64,000 bases of DNA from Eledone cirrhosa (taxonomy: Eukaryota). This document shows positions 1 through 12,095 of the stretch, piece after piece; position 1 is the first letter of the stretch, and each line of letters begins with the position of its first letter. Location: contig OZ024746.1 of assembly GCA_964016885.1 (NCBI GenBank), positions 42,904,001 through 42,968,000 on the forward strand. The letters are read 5' to 3'. The notes below the pieces were generated by a model, which was given only the letters and a program-made list of their open reading frames with translations, was not told the origin of the DNA and did not search any database. The position numbers were made by a program, and so were the translations under genes.

Positions 1-1055
1 CCATAGAAAGTGTAGCATCTAGATTTAGCTTTGGTGGGAGACTAATCAATGTGGATGAATCTAAAACATTTGATAGGGTCAAACAATAGCCCATCGTAAA
101 ATGTAATCTCAGTTTCTATCAGAACCATTTTGTATCATATGTTTAGTTCATTAAGAATGTCCCATCTCATCAATTATGTATGATGTTGCTCTTGAGCCAT
201 TGCTGCAAAAGCTGGAGGTATTGAAGAGCATCTAGCTTCAGCTGAAATGGAGGAGGGTCTGTCAATTTATGCAGTTGTCATGATTATGTTGTTAGACATG
301 GTGGCGTTTGGCACTATACTGAAGGAATAAAAAGTGGCAATATGGGCACATATTAAGCAGAACAAATAGCAACATTGGACCTAGAGAGAAACATCAATGT
401 TGACCACAGTAATAACATTTATCATTGGACTAATGATCTGGTTAAGGTGCTTGGGGTCTGATTTAGCCCAGGCCTTCAAGTGTACAGAAGCTGGGGCAAT
501 ACTATTCTGAACGGATCAGTTACCTGATTACTGGATATGCAAGATTAGTATAGATATTATTATATACAAAAAGTAAAGGATTTTCTAGTTATAAAACAAA
601 TACTAATTTAATGCATGGAAGTATATAACTTAGCAAATATCTTATTTTGTTATTAGACAGACACAATTTCTCATTCCTTTTGTGATCGATGTTCATATCA
701 ATCATGCAGCTATTAATACCACATGCCATTTAAAATTTTGAGAATAAAGCTATCTTTTCAGCCAAGACCTCATTAATTTGTTCAAGTTCCAAGTGAAGTA
801 ATGGTCAAGTCTGGAAAGGCAAGCTGCCCTCTGGCAGGTGTGATAAAAATTGGGGCAAAACAGCTTGAATTCTGCTTGTAGATTGCAGCCATGAGAGAGT
901 AATTATTTGAGATGTAAGATGGTTGATTTCTTGGCATGTTCTGATCCTTTATAGGTGACAGAACCTTTCACTTTGAATTGCATTTGTTTTCTATTGTTTT
1001 ACATCCTTAATTATTTTTATCACATTGCATTATATTTGCATTCTCCTTTGCTTTA
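1..1055 (+). mobile_element. Degenerate L1/Tx1-clade LINE remnant (RT region near 30-500, probable 3' part near 790-1055)
   Basis: Broken translations resemble Tx1-type RT motifs: LINVDESKTFDRV at ~43-81 (cf. LDQEKAFDRV), VALEPLLQKLE at ~185-217 (cf. PLSPLLYVLALEPLL), and VKVLGV*FSPGLQV at ~441-482. Many stops and frameshifts; boundaries approximate. Confidence 0.6.
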
Positions 1056-1099
1056 CTGTATATATATATATAGATGTATACAGTATGGTTATTAATCTT

Positions 1100-1703
1100 T
1101 GGTAATGACTGAAAGAATACGATCATGAATACAAACAACCAAAATGGGGCTCATCTGAAGGGTCTTTGGAGTAACATTACTCAACAGAGTGTGTAGCTTG
1201 TAGATCACAGAGTCACAACAGGTAGATCTGATACTTCTCCAAATTGAGATCACAGCTGAAATACTTTGGGCATGTGGTTAGAATGTCTCAGGAAAAAAGC
1301 ACTGGACAGATTTTACAGGCAAAACCAACTGGCAGGAGACCCAGGGGTAGACTCTGAGCAATATGGTTGGATAACATCCATTTTATTTGCTCATAATAGT
1401 GAGAAATGAGGATGGCAAGAGAGATGGAGGTGATGACAGTGGGAGTTCGGCTCCACTGTGTTCGGACCTGGTGTACGTGTATGTGCATGCTTACTGTCTT
1501 ATCATTTAGACTATATTATTTAGTCAAAATATTATGGTGAAATAAATGGCTGAATTGTGAGATACACATCCATGAGCTTGGCTAGTCTCGCTTGGAGATC
1601 TAGCTGGATGAGTTGGAGACGGTCGCTTTTAACTGAACCTGCTGGAATGAGAGTTTGCAGACTCTGCCCACACGACCTTCAGGAATAAATGGGAAGAAGA
1701 AGT
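1100..1703 (+). mobile_element. Old RTE-clade (Expander/Rex3-like) LINE 3' fragment, interrupted at 1382-1565
   Basis: Translates as SQLKYFGHVVRMSQEKSTGQILQAKPTGRRPRGR, which is the RTE C-terminal LRWFGHV..RM...GRRPRGRP motif. It resumes after the insert and ends in gaagaagaag. Homologous to 31740-32045 (-). Confidence 0.7.
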
Positions 1704-3436
1704 TTTACATATCATGAAAAATACCATTTTAACATGTATAATATTGTGCTTTTAAATGTTATATACTTTCATTTGCAACAAGGCATATTCTCATTACTCT
1801 ACCCTTAGCAATCACAAAAATTAATTAAACAATTACTAACTGATGAGGTATATTACTAGTTTTGGGGGAGAGAAATGTGCCATTGAATACATAAACGCAA
1901 GTGTATTACTGGTACACTTGATATCAAAGCGAGAAAAGTAAAGTTACATCCAATAGATTTTGAACCTAGTACAAGCAGGGACACAGAAACGTTTTCAGTT
2001 CTACCTACTTGATAAGGTCAATGTACGCTAATTTTAATTTTCTCTTTTTACTGCTTAAAATTGTGAATTATAAAAAGAATCTATTCTTTAGAAATTGATG
2101 CCAGAAAGCCCATAAATATAAATAGTATGAAAGAATTCTTAAAAGTGAGAGGATATTATATCAACATTAAAGTCCATTAAATTAATTGACATTTTCCAAT
2201 TAGTTACAATTCCCTTAAGTTATTATTTTTTAAAATTTACCATTGAAATAAGAGGAGAATTATTTACTGATGTATCAAGACACGGGGCAATGTTGAGGCA
2301 AGGTACAAAGGCATATCTTTTCAGCTAAGTAACTGCTATTTCATCCCCTGGTCTTGTGACTCTAATTGAAAATACGAAACAGAAGTTTCATATTTATTTT
2401 TAGAGTAATTGTGTGTTGGTAAATTTTATGGAAGAAAGATACACAGATTAGCTGTTTGCACTCAAGATTCATAATTTAAGCGTGAAATTCATGTTTATGT
2501 TTTCCAAAGAGCTCTTCTCGTTTTGAAATACAATTTCTAAAAATAATTGCATAGCTATCTCAATCATTTTGCTATAAAGAACGAAGCCCCAATCTACATT
2601 GTTTTATTTTTTTTTGTTTTTTACTCAAGAAAGACTTCTACTAATCTAAATCAATTTGGAAGCATAATAGGTTTTTATTTGAAATGAATTAATAATTGTT
2701 GAAGTTGATAAATAATGGAATAGATATTAGATTATATTTTCAGATAAACTTGAAGTTCAAATACGATATTTAGCTAATTTGGAAATGTATATTTCTTATA
2801 ACATAAAAGAATTAGGTACATCGTATCAAAGTAAACAGTGAGTGAAAAAGTACACAGAAATAATCTCTCTCTCACATATATATATATATATATATAATAT
2901 CTAAGCTGGATTAAATAAGAGTTAAGAAGTAAACCGATTGTACTTGGTATGACATCGTCATTACCATCATTTTTACTTCCAACTTTCTATGCTGGCATGC
3001 GTGGGATGGTCTCTCACATTACAGCATCTCTCCAAATGCTACAGTTCTTTATCATTTTCTATGTGAGAGTGAGCATTCAGAAACGAGCTCTCACCGCCTT
3101 CTCCTGTGTTTTTTATTTTCGGTGTTCCTCTTCTGCTACAAGCTCCTTCTGCTTATATCATTTGACACTTTCCCCTTCAAACATACACACACATTGTAAT
3201 GAGCGCGATTTGAATGATATGGAAATTGATAATTTATGGGTAATATCATAGATTATCTCCAGATCATCTCTTATTGAGCAAACCTATGATCACAAGTTTT
3301 TCAGCTTACATATTAGACGTAGGACTATATTTTCAACTTGTCCTTACTTCATAAAAGTAAGTGTGATTTGATAAGATACTTGACTACTATTTCTAACAAA
3401 CCCAATTACCACTTAGATGTGCTCTTATTGGATTAA

Positions 3437-3643
3437 CCCTTTAGCATTTAAACCGGCTGTATCTGGCAAGAATTCTCTCACCTTTTTATTTCAAACCAGC
3501 TGTAACCAACTACTCATACTGATATTAAGGTATTGTTCTCAAAATAAATAATATCAAAATCTTATAGATTCAATATTATGTGAGGTAAAGCCTTTACCCT
3601 TAAAATACAATAGTATATATAGAGTAATGTGAATGCTAAAGTG
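3437..3643. mobile_element. piggyBac-like MITE, copy 1
   Basis: Reads TTAA|ccctttagcatt ... aatgctaaagtg|TTAA, giving a TTAA target duplication and a 12-bp TIR with one mismatch. Second copy at 54090-54298. Confidence 0.75.
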
Positions 3644-6600
3644 TTAATGCTGACAATGTTATTGCAGAATCTATAAATTGCTGCAATAGTAACCATATAT
3701 ATGATTATATTTATGATGATTTAAAATCGTAAGCTGAATTCGTTAGCTTTGATTATTGCTGGTTTCAAAGAACAATTCCTTCAGGCCAACAGAATTGTTA
3801 AAAGGCTCAACAGATAAACAGCTTACTGTTTAAACAAAAAAAATTTCAAAGCAGAAATGAAACCAAAAATCAATCTTACTAACAGCATTGAAAAACATTA
3901 ACCATGGATTTAAGACATGACTCATTATTATTCTTTGTTTTATTTGCAATAAAACAAAACTACTTGGCATTCCCTTTGAAAGAAATAACATATATATAGT
4001 CAGAGTAACTCTACTTTAAATAATTCCCCAACACATCAAAAGAATGGTGTCAAATAATGTTTAGATTAGATTCTGATAAAAGTTACTGATGAATACAATA
4101 TTAAATTTGAATGTATATTTTCAGAAATATAATTCAGATAAAGTAAATCCAGATAAAGTAAATTCATTCAGCTTTTCAATTTGTTGAAATAATAATCTTA
4201 GCTTTGACTTATTAAGACATCATATGAAATTGAGATTAATAAGAAATAGTTGAGGTCAATATATGAAAACATGTAATTCTTATATTTCATATGAAATAAA
4301 AAAAAAAGTAAAACATGTAAATCCATCCACCTAGCTTCTAATTTTAAATGGACTATTTTTTGAAGTATAAATAAATCACCTCTAAACTGATGGATGGCAC
4401 TGAAGTAAAATATTATAATATTCTAAACAGTTCAGATTTTGAAGAAGTTTTAAAAATATAGATATAAAATTTAGTTCTGTATTCGTAATAGAACTGAAGG
4501 AAGAAGATAATACAATGTAAGAAATTATGGATGTAGTTTCTAGTTCAGTAATTATACAATTATGAGTCATCTTGCAGTGATTAATGTTTGCAGGTGGTAG
4601 ATATTTCATTATCTTCCAAGTAGATTTATCATTTTACATAGTGTATTAAGAACTAACTAACACCAAGTTTCTATTCCACATTATACATAATTTGCCAGCT
4701 GGAATTTCCTTCCCATGAACATAAGAGAGGTTATTTGATGTTTTTAGTAAAGTTTTAGAATGGATCTCAGAAAGATTTTTCAGTCCTAATTTATTGCTTT
4801 GCTTATCTTTCCATAAAGAAACGTACAAAAACAAGATTTAGATTATAAATATTTAGCTACACAGCAAGATGAATACTAATTCCAGATGTAAAACTTATAA
4901 TGTTATTTATAGAGCTGATCAATTTAAAAACGTTCAATTTTAGTTTGAACTTCAATAGGTTTTCTTTGATTTTTCTAGTATCAGTTTGTAAAGTGGAATT
5001 TCAGTAGAGTAAATATATGCAATAAACATCTCATGGTTTTCAATTACTGCAGATGAATTACTCTTATGTCAATATTTTAGCACTTAAAGATTCCCTTTAA
5101 CACCAAATGCTGTACCAAAGCTAATAGGTCAATCTTTAAGGTGTCTACAAACTTCAAAAATATTTGTCCAAGTCAGAGTTTAAGATTTCTCATTATCATG
5201 AAAATATGCTTTCAATTTAATGATTCAAGGTTTAAGGTTTCCACAAGTTTGACAGATTTGGAAGTAAGTTTCCTTCTCTTCTACAGCTGTAATTAATTTA
5301 AAAGAAAACACAAAATGTTCTATTTGCAATTCACCAATTATAAATAGAAATCGCTTCAAAGATGTTTTATAATCATTAGACATTTCATGATGATATTTGA
5401 TTTGTATGAGCACGATAGTAGTAATTATACTTTGAATAATGTTTAAAGTCATATATGTCTTATGGCTACATACTGTTAAAGTAACAATTCTCTGATAATG
5501 TAATTCTTAGATAAGAGTATTGATCGTCTGCATTGCACATCATTTTCAGGTATAGTAATTCATTGTTTAATAATTTATACAAACAGCATACTCATACATA
5601 TGAGGTTAAGGTTCATACCATTCCTCATCGGTTTTACATTTCAAAATAACTTTTGAAATGAAAGTGAGTTTACTTGGTAAAGCAATAGTGAAGATAGTTT
5701 AGTATTAGAAGATAAAACTAGAATATTTTCTTATGAAGATTATACTTCAACAAATATCAAAACTAAGCCGGAAATAGGTTTAGTTTGAAAATAGTATATT
5801 TTTGGCTTTATTTGTGTGTAGCTACTTGCTTTCGTTTTTGTTATTCCTTTTGAATCTACTGCAGTTTCTGCCATGCTATATTTTCTGGATTATTTCTAAT
5901 GTTATGTGTGTCATTTTACAAAGTTTGATTTGATGAAATGATATATTTAGCAATGAAAGGTTATCCCAATAGAAAAATAAAAGAAAGAGAGAAAAAATTA
6001 AGAGAAAGAAGAAAACGAAATGAAAGGAAAACGAAAAATGAAAAAAAGTTAGTAAAATAGAAGCCAGAATTGTAGATCATGCCTCAATCGAATTTCCATC
6101 TCAGGATTTAAAAATATAGATACAACAATAATTGCAGGTTGGTTTTCAAAAGGATAAAAACGAAAAACATTTTTCAATTTGAAAGAACATAAAAAGAATA
6201 GCTTTTGGCCAATCTGAGAAGAGCTAAATGCACTCAGATGAGAATGTGTTACAGAATTTGTTGCCCTAGGGCATTACAACCTACTGTTAAATGCATATAG
6301 AATCTGAGAAAATTTTCAAAGTAAATAACTAAATATGATACAGAAATATTTGTTATTCTTCTTTTTGAAAGCAACTTCAAAATATTTAGTACAAACACCT
6401 CAATGTTAAAAACCTAAGCTTCTATTTGGGTTATGAGAAGAATATGTGCTTAAGGAGGAAATGTTAGATGTTTTTTTAAAAGACAGTCATAAGGTCAAAA
6501 ATTACTCTGTAAATATTTACTCTTAAATCTTGTTCTTATTGCTGTATGTTTGTTGTAAATGTCTGTAATAGTATCTCACAAAGGGTTATTTGTGAGAAAC

Positions 6601-7062
6601 CAAACCAGCAGCAAATACCTGACACTATAAATATTTTATATAAAACATATTTTCATAATTTACTTGTTGTAGGACAGTTTTCTATAACACAAATTGAAAC
6701 TCTATTTCCAAAAAGACAAAGCCAAAAGTTTAAACAAGACATTTCTTTTAGTGTCTAACTGTTGTAAATTTGTGAGTTAAATTTGAAGTATTATAGACTT
6801 TACATCGACACTTTGAAAATCTCAGAACAAATTACATGAACAATTTGCTCCAATCTCTTTAAAAACATTTATTTATATATATGCATTTAATTAACATAGT
6901 CTTATTTATTTGATTATATACTTCAAGGGCAATAATTCTTTTAAATCCCCACCAGTAACTTTATTATCAAAGCAGAATTATTTTAAGCTGAAGCAGCTCT
7001 GAGCTATTAAGAATAATCTACATTACTATTCATATTTTAAAATAGAAAAAAATGTTCATAAC

Positions 7063-7625
7063 AGGAATGAAAAGTTCTGATTGTAAACCTAGCCAAAACT
7101 AAAGTCCTAGTGAGTAGGAAAGAAGCTAGGGTCCTGATTCCCGTAGGGAAGTGGCCCTGCTCAATATGTAGAAAAGGAGGTGTCATAAACTGTATAAGAT
7201 GCACACAATGTAAATCTTAGGTGCACAAGAGATGTAGTGGAATAAGGTGGATACAAACAGGAAGATGCACAGGGGTAAACAAGGGGAAAAGTGTCAGTGA
7301 TATAAACTATTTCTAGTCACAGGAAGGGTGTATAGGAGTGGTTAATTGCTTCTGATCTGTAGGTGACCTAATTAGCAGTAGAGCAGGGTGCTCTGGGAGC
7401 ATAATAACTAGAATAAGGATAGGATGGAAAAGGTTTAGAGAGTTGCTCACACTGTTGATAACAAAAAGGTTCTCCCTAAGTACAAGAGGATGACTGCATG
7501 ACGTCTGTGTGCAAAGTGAGATGCTGCATGGTAGTGAAACATGGGTAGTGATTGCAGAGGACATGCGTAGACTGGAGAGAAATGAAGCAACTATGATTCG
7601 TTTGATATGCAATGTATGTGTGAGA
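7063..7625 (+). mobile_element. Degenerate RTE LINE fragment (post-RT Cys-rich region)
   Basis: VNLAKTKVLVS, GKWPCSICRKG, VHKRCSG, RIRIGWKRFRELL and MLHGSETW...LERNEA are colinear with the ORF at 12120-13502. Multiple stops. Confidence 0.85.
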
Positions 7626-7809
7626 GAAAAATTAACGATACTTTTTTCTATCATGTCAAGTTTTTTATCGATGGGCTGGTCCATAGTGCCCCCCGCCATA
7701 GCTACAAGAGATATCATAGGTAACAATTTATGTTGATATTTTATTTTATCTATGTATTTAGACATTTTTTTTATTTATCAGGATACATCTAGATATATAA
7801 ATATATATC

Positions 7810-9494
7810 CTCAGGAGAAAAATATGGAAATTAAAGGACCCCACAGCCAGTCATAAATTTAAAAGCATATTACTTGATGCTTTTGATAGTAAGGAAGAGC
7901 AATTAGAGTCGTAAAATATAGAGGAACATATAGTGGGAATTCCTGAAAGCTAACCTGCTGAAGGCGACAGATGAAACCTGTGGCTGGAGCAGGCTTATAG
8001 GCAGGAGGAGAGTAACTTGGTGGTGGAACAGTAAGGTGGAGAGGTCAATCAAGGCCAAAAAGCAGGCTTGGAAAGCATGGCGGGATGGGGGAAGTAGAGA
8101 AGACTATCAAGTGGCCAGGAGGGAAGCTAGGAGACAAGTGTACTTCGCAAGAAGGGAAGCAGAGGAAAGAAAGTTCAAGCATGTTCTACAACGCGAGGAC
8201 CAAAAACGTGAGGTGTTCAGGATTGGTAGGCAATGTGTCAAGGAAAACAGTGATATTGTCAGGGAGAAGTGTGTCCTAAATGATGATGGTGTACTTGCCA
8301 TCACTGACGCTGATAAGAAGGTAGCTTGGAAGTGTCACTACGAAAGGCTACTAAATGAGGAGAATAATTGGGAGAAAGACAGTCTCCCCCACATCGACCC
8401 AATAGAGGGACCAGCAGTGCAAGTTGAAGGTAGTATAATAAGTAAGGTGATCAAAGACGTGAAGATGGGCAAGGCGGCCGGGCCTTCGGAAATAGTTGCC
8501 GAAATGCTGAAAGCATCTGGAACGGTGGGACACACTATGGTCACCTGGATAGTAAAGCAAGTCATACAGAATGGGGTCATTCCGAAGGACTGGCGCAGCA
8601 GCATCATCATTAACTGCTACAAGGGTAAAGGTGATGCCCTAGATAGGGGAAACTATAGAGGCATTAAATTAATTGACCAGGTCATGAAGGTCACATAAAA
8701 AGTAATAGCGCAACTAATCAGAGAGCGAATTGATCTAGACGAAATGCAGTTCGGGTTTGTGTCAGGTAAAAGTACAACAGACACTCTTTTCATTGTACTG
8801 GATGTGTAATAGTAACATACGTGAACGGCAAAGCATAAACGTACTAAGGGAGAAATTAGAAATAAGAGGGATCAGATGCTGTTTACTCGAGAGAAGACTA
8901 CGTTGGTATGGTCACGTGATGCGCATGAAAGACGACAGCTGTATAAAAAAGTGCAGGGCAATAAAAATTGATGGTAGCCATGGAGTAGGCAAACCCAGAA
9001 AAGCCTGGGACGACTTGATAAATTCCGACCTCACACATTTACACCTTTTCAAGACAATGTCACTGGACCAAGAGCTTTTGCGCTACACAGTAATAGAGAA
9101 GACCCACCTTAGCTAAGTACAAAGTGAAACCTACTACAGTCAGTAGGCACCTCTAACAAAATACACCCCGTCCCACTACCCACACCACTCCTTCAATGTA
9201 AAGTTATGTTGGTGTCACAACATCCAGCCCGAAACAAATGAGGTCGTGTAGGTGTCACGACAAAAAAACACACAGTCCACACTGTAATGTGGCCGTGTAG
9301 GCAACACGGTAAAAACCTCCCAGTTCCCAACTGTAAATGTGGTTGGTGTTAGGAAGGGCATCCAGCTGTAGAAAACCCGCCAGACAGTCCTATGCAAGCA
9401 AGACAACCACTCTTGCCTCAAGTGGGAAAACCCCCATTGAAACCCATGCAAGCGTGGAATATGGACGTTAAACGATGATGATGATGATGATGAT
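7810..9494 (+). mobile_element. RTE LINE, 5'-truncated and internally deleted, with 3' UTR and (GAT)n tail
   Basis: ORF 8036-8698 encodes the EN-RT linker and RT start (KAAGPSEIVAEMLK, YKGKGDALDRGNYRGIKL). At ~8797 the sequence jumps to the C-terminal WMC...RRLRWYGHVMRM...GKPRKAW region. The 3' UTR matches that of 13696-13991 and ends gatgatgat. Confidence 0.9.
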
Positions 9495-9495
9495 A

Positions 9496-9900
9496 TCCAA
9501 TAATTATTTTCCCTCTTTTCAGATTGATTTTGAGAAATAACAGGTGTTCAGGAGCATGGCTTCATTATGAAAAAACTGTTTGCATTCCCCTGACTCTTTT
9601 TGCTATATATACGGTAGTTTTACAGTACCAAGTCAAAGAATGAACATTAGTGAATTTGTGGAAAGAGCATACTTGGCTTACTTTAAACTTAAACTTAAAC
9701 TATGTGTCAAAAATCTACACCAATGGACAAAGGGCACAAGGAAAGAACTAGCATTTGGCATTCCTATGGTATGGCGGGAGCCAAAGGACAAAGCAGAAGA
9801 TTGTTACTTTTGTCTCACATAGACTTTTGGTCATAGCAAGAAAACTCGACAGAAAATGTGTTATACAAATCTGGATTCAGCAATTTCTCCTGTGTTTTCT
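9496..9900 (+). mobile_element. Chapaev3-like (CMC) DNA transposase N-terminal pseudogene fragment
   Basis: Reads C-LHSPDSFCYIYG...AYLAYF...QWTKG...FGIPMVWREPKD..DCYFCL, a Cys-rich N-terminus recalled as typical of Chapaev3 transposases. Has in-frame stops and an internal deletion. The superfamily call is from memory of the motif. Confidence 0.65.
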
Positions 9901-10138
9901 GATGTGTTAGGAAAAAATTAGCTAAAAACAACAACAAAACCTAAGTCAGCAAAAAGTGTATTGACCAATGTTCTCTTGTACCAATGTATTCTTTCAAGAA
10001 AGACAACGAAATATATTCTTTATAAGCAGTGATGTAACTAAAATATAAAGTGAGTAAATGTTCTTTCTTGCAGACAGAAGAAATAAATGAAAGAGTGTAA
10101 GAAGAAAAGAAATCTGTTAACTTTTGAAGTTCATTATA

Positions 10139-10316
10139 GGGAAATTGGCAGTATCGGTAGAGGGTCCGACGCCATGCTTTCCAGCATAGCTACATCCCTT
10201 TGCGGTCTGAGTTCAAATCCCGCCGAGGTTAACTTTGCCTTTCATCCTACGGGGTCGATAAAATAAAGTACCAGTAATGTACTGGGTAATTGATGGCCTT
10301 GTGCCAAAAGTAGAAC
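10139..10316 (+). mobile_element. tRNA-derived SINE family A (Meta-domain-like body)
   Basis: A-box-like tggcagtatcggtag, B-box gagttcaaatccc, and body ctttgcctttcatcctacggggtcgataaaataaagtaccag. Near-identical copies occur across the window. Confidence 0.85.
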
Positions 10317-12095
10317 AGGTATTTTTAGTTTGGAATTGTGTACTGGTCAAAGGGAATTAGCATCAATACTAAATCCAGTCGAAATAAAATCCTGCATAGT
10401 CAACATTTACTTGTTGACCATACTGACCATTGTTGTGAGGCTGATATAATATATAAAAATATATTTGTATACGTATCCAATTGCAGTATTATGTATCGAA
10501 GTATATTTGTATAAATATTTAGGTATGGTACTAAAAATGTGACAGAAAGAAAGACAGAAAAAATTGAAGAATTTTGGGGGCAAAATGTTGGAATCTTATA
10601 AGGAATTGAACATATGTCTGGAAAAACTATACTGCTGTTACTTGTATGGATATATCTACTGTTTCTGTCACAAGTAAATGGGAAATAATGTAAAGCAACT
10701 ACTGTTACTCTTAATGGTTAATGTAAAAATATATACATCCTTCATAAAGTTTTTATCATTGTCAGTATCAAGCTGCTGCTTCAAACTAAATAAAAACAAT
10801 GTATTGAAGAAAAGTGATTTATTATCATTCGATTTTCGCTTTTATTCTTTCTGTGAATTGCATACATGAAATGTTAGAACCTGGTTGCAACCATTTCACA
10901 CTACTTAAGATGCTAATACCTTTAAGAAAGTAGGAACATTAAACATTGTCATTTTTTTCTCAATGTAAATGTGAGGTCTTCTGCCATTATGAAAAACAAA
11001 TACTATTCTCTTGGCAAGCTAGTTCTAGGCCTTTGAGTTTGAATTGAAGTGTTTTTACTTCTCTCATAATAATAGTGCCTTTGAGAAAGGCAAATAGCCA
11101 TGACTTTCTATTTCTCCTCTTATTAAAATTCAGGATTTCTGTTCTTGCTTAAGAAACACACTTTCCTTCTCATCACACCATTGCTTCAAATCAACATATT
11201 TATTGACTTATGTCGCTGTAGCCAGTCAAAGCAGATTATCCTACCTAAAGGTAATTAAAACAGAAATATTAAATAAAATAAAGAAAATAGGGTTGCCATG
11301 AAAATTAAATATATTAAGTTAGAAGTGTTTAGAAAGTGAGAATAAAGCTAAGAATCTTTGTGAGAAATACCTGAATTAGAATATAGTTATGTATGGAGTT
11401 GAGGAAATTAAGAAAAAGCAGGTCTATTTAAACCATTGAAATCATAGTGGAGCTGAAAATAATAGATCAACTAATGAACAGAATTGTGAAACTATGATAA
11501 AATGAAAGACAGAAATGTACTATGCAAGGTTTATTAACATCAAAATTAGGCTCCACAAATTTCATTTCTGAATCTAGTAAATTTCAGAGGAATCATTTCT
11601 CTGGATTCATTAGATTCAGACAACAAATGAATTTCTGAAGTGCAAGCATAATAGAAATAGACCAAGTATTGATTTCGTTTCTCTAGCAGCAGAGCCTTAT
11701 ATTAACAGGACATTACTACTATAAGTAAATTAAAATGGATTCAAATGATAAGAGCAATCAGTCTCTAGATACAGTTTGCTTGAGGCTTACCTCTATTTTG
11801 AGATATTCCAAGCCAACGTAACATTCTGTTTTCAATACCTTATATTTTGTTGTAATTATTGGAGCTTGCACAAATAGATAATATAGATTATAACCAAATG
11901 TAAGGACTAGACATTGAGGGGACAGCTATCATCGAAATTTCAGATCCCCAATGTTCTCACTAAACACCAGTTTATACTAATTTACAGATTATTATTGGGG
12001 CTTCTAGAAGTAAATTGAATTGATAGAGAGGAAACAAGTGAATATTTTGATGGTTAAGATAAACATAAAACTGATAGAAAATACATCAAGTAATC

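Noticed and set aside
2744-2815. Possible 72-nt + strand exon (DKLEVQIRYLANLEMYISYNIKELG)
   Set aside because: Weak donor (gtacat), AT content like the background, and no recognisable protein.
4380-5290. Possible minus-strand small exons (TGCCATCCATCAGTTTAGAG; AVEEKETYFQICQTCGNLKP*)
   Set aside because: The splice signals are plausible but expected by chance in AT-rich DNA; no consistent gene model or homology.
11134-11250. Possible 117-nt + strand exon ending AAG|gtaatt
   Set aside because: The open frames give unrecognisable peptides and there is no supporting evidence.
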